A stretch of 64,000 nt of DNA from the human T2T-CHM13v2.0 reference genome, Homo sapiens. A program made the translations under genes and the position numbers. This document shows positions 59,001 through 64,000 of the stretch, piece by piece. The DNA lies in assembly GCA_009914755.4 (NCBI GenBank), contig CP068257.2, forward strand, positions 42,816,001 to 42,880,000. Direction: 5' to 3'. The notes beneath the pieces were generated by a model, which did not search any database, was not told the DNA's origin, and was given only the letters and a program-made list of their open reading frames with translations. How positions within the stretch are numbered: the first letter of the stretch is position 1; each line of letters opens with the position of its first letter.

Positions 59001-61750
59001 TTGGAGTCCACATTTGGTGACCGCGACTGCACGGCCTACTCCTCGTCAGCTCAGGGAGCAGGACCCTGTGCCTAGACTTCTAGGGACAGAGCTCACTCCT
59101 CCTTTGGTCCAAGCTGGGGAGGCCCAGTCATTGGAGGCCTGGTGTCTCCAACCTGGAAGAAAGTTGTTCTAGAATTCCTGGTGGGATGGGCAGAAAGACT
59201 TTGAGGGCAGGCGGAAGAATGGGACATCAAACCACCTTCCCCAGGGTGGGCAGCCAGCTCCTCACTCATATCTGCCCTGGGGCTGCAAAGTCCTGCCATG
59301 CCCACCGACCATTCCCTTGGAGCACTGTACTTAACCTGCAGTGCCCTGGGAATGCGCCCACCCTGTGTTTCTGGGAGAAAGTGAGGTCTGTGTGCACAGC
59401 TCCTCAAACCCCACCTGCACCCCACACCCCCGCAGACCCCTCCAGAAAGGGCGCCTCTCTATGGCACACACCCACTTTCAAAGCATCTCGGCTTCACCCG
59501 CTTCAAAGCTCACGTTCATGAAAGACATTGCAAAACTCAAACCAAACAGTAAACAAATTAAGACATCTCTAGGACCTAAAAGGATTTCAACACAATGTGA
59601 GAAATGTTGGCAAAACATGAAAGTGGGCTTTGTGAGTTTTGAGGAATTACTGAGTTTTGAAAGATGAGGCTCAGGCCAGGTGGAGAGGAAGCCCGTCCAT
59701 GTGTGCGTGGTCCCAGCGCCTTCCCAGGGCCCTCCTAAGGCACCTTCAGGGCCTGGGCCATGATGGCGCCCCCAGCAGCCAGGTCCCCGTTCCCGGAGTT
59801 CTGGTTCTGCTTTGGGAGCTGCAGCCGTGCTTCCTTCTGTCTGCTGTGGTCCTGCTCTAGCCCCTGCTCTTCTCTGATGTTTCTTTCAGGCGGATGTCAC
59901 CCACCCCTTGGGACTTCGCCATGGGTCGCTAGCCCAGACCCTCCCCTTGGTTCCGGTGGTTCCATTTCTGCCCCTTTGCTGCTGGCCCCCTTCTGAGGAT
60001 GCCCGTGCATCTCCAGGACCACTGCTCCAGTCCTTGGTGTAGATCAAAGCTGGCCTTCACACGCGGCCTGAAAATGTAGAGTGGCCGCCTTCTGGGCTGG
60101 GCTGCCACCTCCACCACATCACCCGTGACAGAAGCCCCGTGTTTTTCGGTAACCACGTTCCACGAACACCTCCCGACTGCCTTCCAGAACACACAAAGAT
60201 CAACGAAGCTCAGAATCCAGTCCCGACGTCATTTCATGAAGAGCAGGTAGTCCATCAAAGGGATGGGCCCCATGAGTGAAGGGCTGAGACCCCACCATGG
60301 TGTGAGGCGTCCCAGGCACTCCCGTCACGGCCCAAACCAGGCTGCAGGCTCCATCCCCATGGGGCAGGCACAGAGGAGGCGATTCATGTGGACACAGGGA
60401 CACCTGTGGACGCCCTGGCTCGGCCGCTTACCGCCGTGTGTTTGTGGCCAGGTCCCTGCTCCTGAGCCTCAGTTTCCACACCTGTGAGATGGGTCTGAGG
60501 TGGAATCGCCAACCAGCTGAGGATGCGCAGCCACAGACCACCTTCCAGAAATCTCCAAAAGGCTTTCCAAAACAGGAAAACAAGGAAGGCTGCCATCAGC
60601 AGGAATTCCAGGGCTTTCAGAATGAGGCTGTCAGGAGTGAAGGGAGCTGTGCTCCACATGCAGGGCAGTGGCCAGGGCTGCCAGGCCTTGTTTATCTGGG
60701 AGCGCCAGGCTGCCTGCCTGCACCTGGTCTGGGCACCTGAAGGCAGAGCTGCTCCTGCTTAGGGTCTGTGGCAACTGTCCTCCTCAGTGGGTGCTGCTGG
60801 GAGCTCCTCTGATTCCTGGTGGGCGGCTTCTGGCCTCGCCTCTTCACCCACGGTGTAGGGTGTGGGATGGAGATGCAGGGCCTCTGCTCTCCTTCTCCCC
60901 TCCCCCAAGCAGCCTGGGTTGTACCTCCACTAATAAACACCAACACCCGCGCCCAGGGTGGGTTCGGCCACGGGGCGATTCTCTGAGTGACACATCAGGA
61001 TCAGCTTCGTGTGGTCCTGACCTTACGGTAATGTCAGCCCCCAGAGCCAGGGGCCGGGCTATGGCACCACCCACCCAGGCGATTTCTATGTCGGGATGAC
61101 CAACTGTGCCATCCCTGGGGCAGTCCCCCATGCCAGGCAAACATTCTCCTTTCATGCTTAAAATCACAGGACGGGTTCACCTGCTTCGTCCTTGGACCTG
61201 TGATCTATGTACGCTGCTTTTCAACAAGTTTCTAGTTGTCCCCTCCTGGGTATGGCCCTCCCCTCCTTCCTTCCCAGAGGAAGAAAACACACCAGCTCTG
61301 CATGCGAGAACGCTCCCAGCTCTCCCATCTTCCCATCGCAGGAGCCCCTCGCTCCTGCACCCTGGGGCTTTCGGTCCTGTCCCACCTCAGCGGCTGCTGC
61401 ACAGGAAGGCCGTCCTGGCCTGGCCCCTGTGTCTCTGCCTTCCTCGACTCCTGCAGTCTGTGCTTCTGTCACTCCTTCAGCACGCCATCCCTGGACACAC
61501 TTTGTGCTCCGTGGACTCCACAGCCCCCAAACCCCCTCTTATGCCCTCCCTGACCCCAGACCATCTGGGCTGGCTTCTCTCTAGGACACATACCAGTTCT
61601 CATTCCAGAACTTTCCTTATGGTCATCTTTGGGTGGAGCCACCACTTCCAGTTCTGATCTTCTCATTCTGGTTGAGTACCTGGGCTTGCCAGTGCACCCC
61701 CCAGGAACACCGCCTAGTCCAGGGCTCCCACAGGTCTCAGACTGACAGGA

Positions 61751-61990
61751 GACTGGGTCATATGACCAGCACTAGCCAATGAGCTGTGAGTACACGTGAC
61801 ACAGGGACAAGCTGGGTCATGTGACTGGCACTAGCCAATGAGCTGTGAGGACGTGAGCACAGGTCCAGCTAGGCTGGGTCATATGACAAGCATTAGCCAA
61901 TGAGCTGTGAGGACACGTGAGTACAGGTCCAGCTAGGCTGGGACATGTGACTGGCACTGGCCCATGGGCTGTGAGCACAGGTCAGGTCAG
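61751..61990. repeat. 4 x ~62-bp tandem repeat (gctgggtcatrtgacyrgcactagccaatgagctgtgagracrygag...)
   Basis: Direct reading of four consecutive diverged units. Confidence 0.6.
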
Positions 61991-63236
61991 CCCCTTCCTG
62001 CTGCTTCCCACCGTGTGTGCTCCTTGTCTGACTTGATATGAGAACTAACCCAATATGGCAGGAAGCCACTGACATGTGGGAGCCGTGCATGGCAGTGGCC
62101 AGCGTCCTTGTCCTGCGGGGGCTCTGTGGACATCACTCGCCTTCAGAACACTGAGCCCTCCTACCTCCTGATATCCAGGGCTGCCGATGGGAAATCCCAG
62201 GCTGCCGCGGCTCCTGTGTGCTTTGAAGGTAACTTTCCTTTGCTCTCGCGCTCCTTGGGCTCAGCGCCCTTTCAGTCTGATGAGATCTGGGCGGTTTTCT
62301 TCAAGCCTTCTCTGACAATTCCATCACTGTCCTCACCCTCTTCTTTTTTTTCTAGAACTTTGGTTAGCCAGATACAGACTCTCCTGGTTTGATTCTGTCT
62401 CTTTTCATTCTACATTCTAGAAGATACTCTTAACTTTATATTTCAGTCATGTTAATGAATGTCTTCTTTTAATGCCAGCAATTGCATTTTTAATGTCCAA
62501 GCTCTCTGTCTCATTAGTAGCATTTTTTATTTCGTAAGTGCAGTATCATCTTGAATACTTCTGAAGACAAGTATAACTTAAAAAAATTCCTTTCTGTTTC
62601 TAGAGCTAGCTCAGTTTCTTTCAGCCTTTTTCTTTAGCCTGACTCCTGCAGTTTTCAGGATTTTTGTCAAACATCCGGGGACCCTTAGCTGGAGAGGATG
62701 GCATGGGTGACACGCAGCTGGCCAGGTACGCTCTGGGGCACTGGGGCATCTTGAGCACCTTGGTGCAGTGTCGTGAAGAAGACACTGTAAATTGGACTTG
62801 GTGTTATCACAGGGGCTTTAGGATCACGGTGTTGGTAGATCTAGGATGATAATCTCCAAAACGCACTCCCCAACCCACTGCAGGGATCCTTTCTCTTGTC
62901 ACCTCACTTTGTGATTTAGAATGCAGGACCTCCAGGACAGCAGCCTCTCCGTGGCACAACAGCTGTTAGGAGACCTTGCCTAGTTGACGAGAAAGTCACT
63001 TGTGGTGCCTTTCCATCCAGGGTGCGCGACTCTGCTCTCAAGACCCCCTGGAGGCCCGCCCCCTGCCCCCCACCAGCTCATTCGTTAGATGATTGGAAGT
63101 GACTGCCTACGTCTTCTTTCAGGATAAAGCCTCAAGTCCTGCAACTATTCCTTGTGTGATAACGTTTCAAATCCCTTCCTGGTTCTGGCAAAGCTCCTCA
63201 AACATGCTCCAGTGTGCTGGGGCTCTGCATGTGTGA

Positions 63237-63722
<486 letters not shown>

Positions 63723-64000
63723 CCACCATTTGCCTTTTGAGCCACTGTCCCCGCGTATCGAGCCCTCCTTGGGAGTCCCAATTTCCAGCCCATATCACGC
63801 TCTTGGCCCCAGCTTGCAGCTGCTTTCGCATCTCAACCTCACCAGCCTCAAGTCCAACTCCAGGTCAATGATTACTGGTCAGAGGGGCCATTCCTGCTGA
63901 GCCCTGTGGTCAGGCTAACCCATGACCGAAGGCTCCTGAACCCTCCTTCAGGTCCGCTGTCCGCACACCAGCACGTGGCCACCAGCCCAGGACACCCTTG

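Noticed and set aside
59929-60192. 87-aa minus-strand ORF examined as a possible additional upstream TSPEAR exon
   Set aside because: No EAR-type motif (DWExF/ANS…IY) and no convincing splice acceptor or donor in phase. Left unannotated. Further upstream TSPEAR exons may exist beyond 54 kb, but I could not support any.

Overview
Human genomic DNA, most consistent with chr21q22.3. The left end carries the complete LRRC3 gene on the + strand. It has a GC-rich 5' exon ending at a GT donor at 108/109, a ~1-kb intron, and an uninterrupted 257-aa CDS at 1098-1871 that I read directly (LRRNT cysteines, three LRRs, LRRCT, one TM helix). Next comes a ~35-kb repeat-dense stretch. From ~42.4 kb onward the window holds the three 3'-terminal coding exons of a convergent minus-strand gene. 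Each exon encodes one EAR/EPTP-type repeat with a recurring DWExF...ANS core, which fits TSPEAR. All three exons have clean splice sites and consistent reading phases. I found no prokaryotic-style system (no operons, no CRISPR); the long ORFs in the supplied track that fall in repeats or GC-rich sequence are artefacts. The interest is structural. (1) An ancient ~6-kb NUMT locus holds ~4 kb of mtDNA-derived sequence running D-loop, tRNA-Pro/Thr, CYTB, tRNA-Glu, ND6, ND5, tRNA-Leu(CUN). It is split by three Alus (two with clear TSDs) and a MaLR LTR (5-bp TSD) that itself carries a nested poly(A) retroposon. (2) A class-I HERV provirus remnant (LTR-gag-LTR) is interrupted by an antisense L1 3' fragment, and a second class-I gag remnant lies ~12 kb upstream. 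(3) A degenerate interstitial (CCCTAA)n array with ~35-bp higher-order periodicity sits in the probable LRRC3 3'UTR. (4) Several large minisatellites are present. Two sit directly on splice sites of the TSPEAR-like exons: a 1.9-kb 46-bp VNTR starts 11 nt inside the intron after a GT donor, and a 21-bp pyrimidine-rich array lies 20 nt upstream of an acceptor. Another minisatellite is a 60-bp satellite amplified from inside a MaLR LTR. Coordinates of repeats and mobile elements are approximate (about ±10 bp) unless a TSD or splice site pins them.
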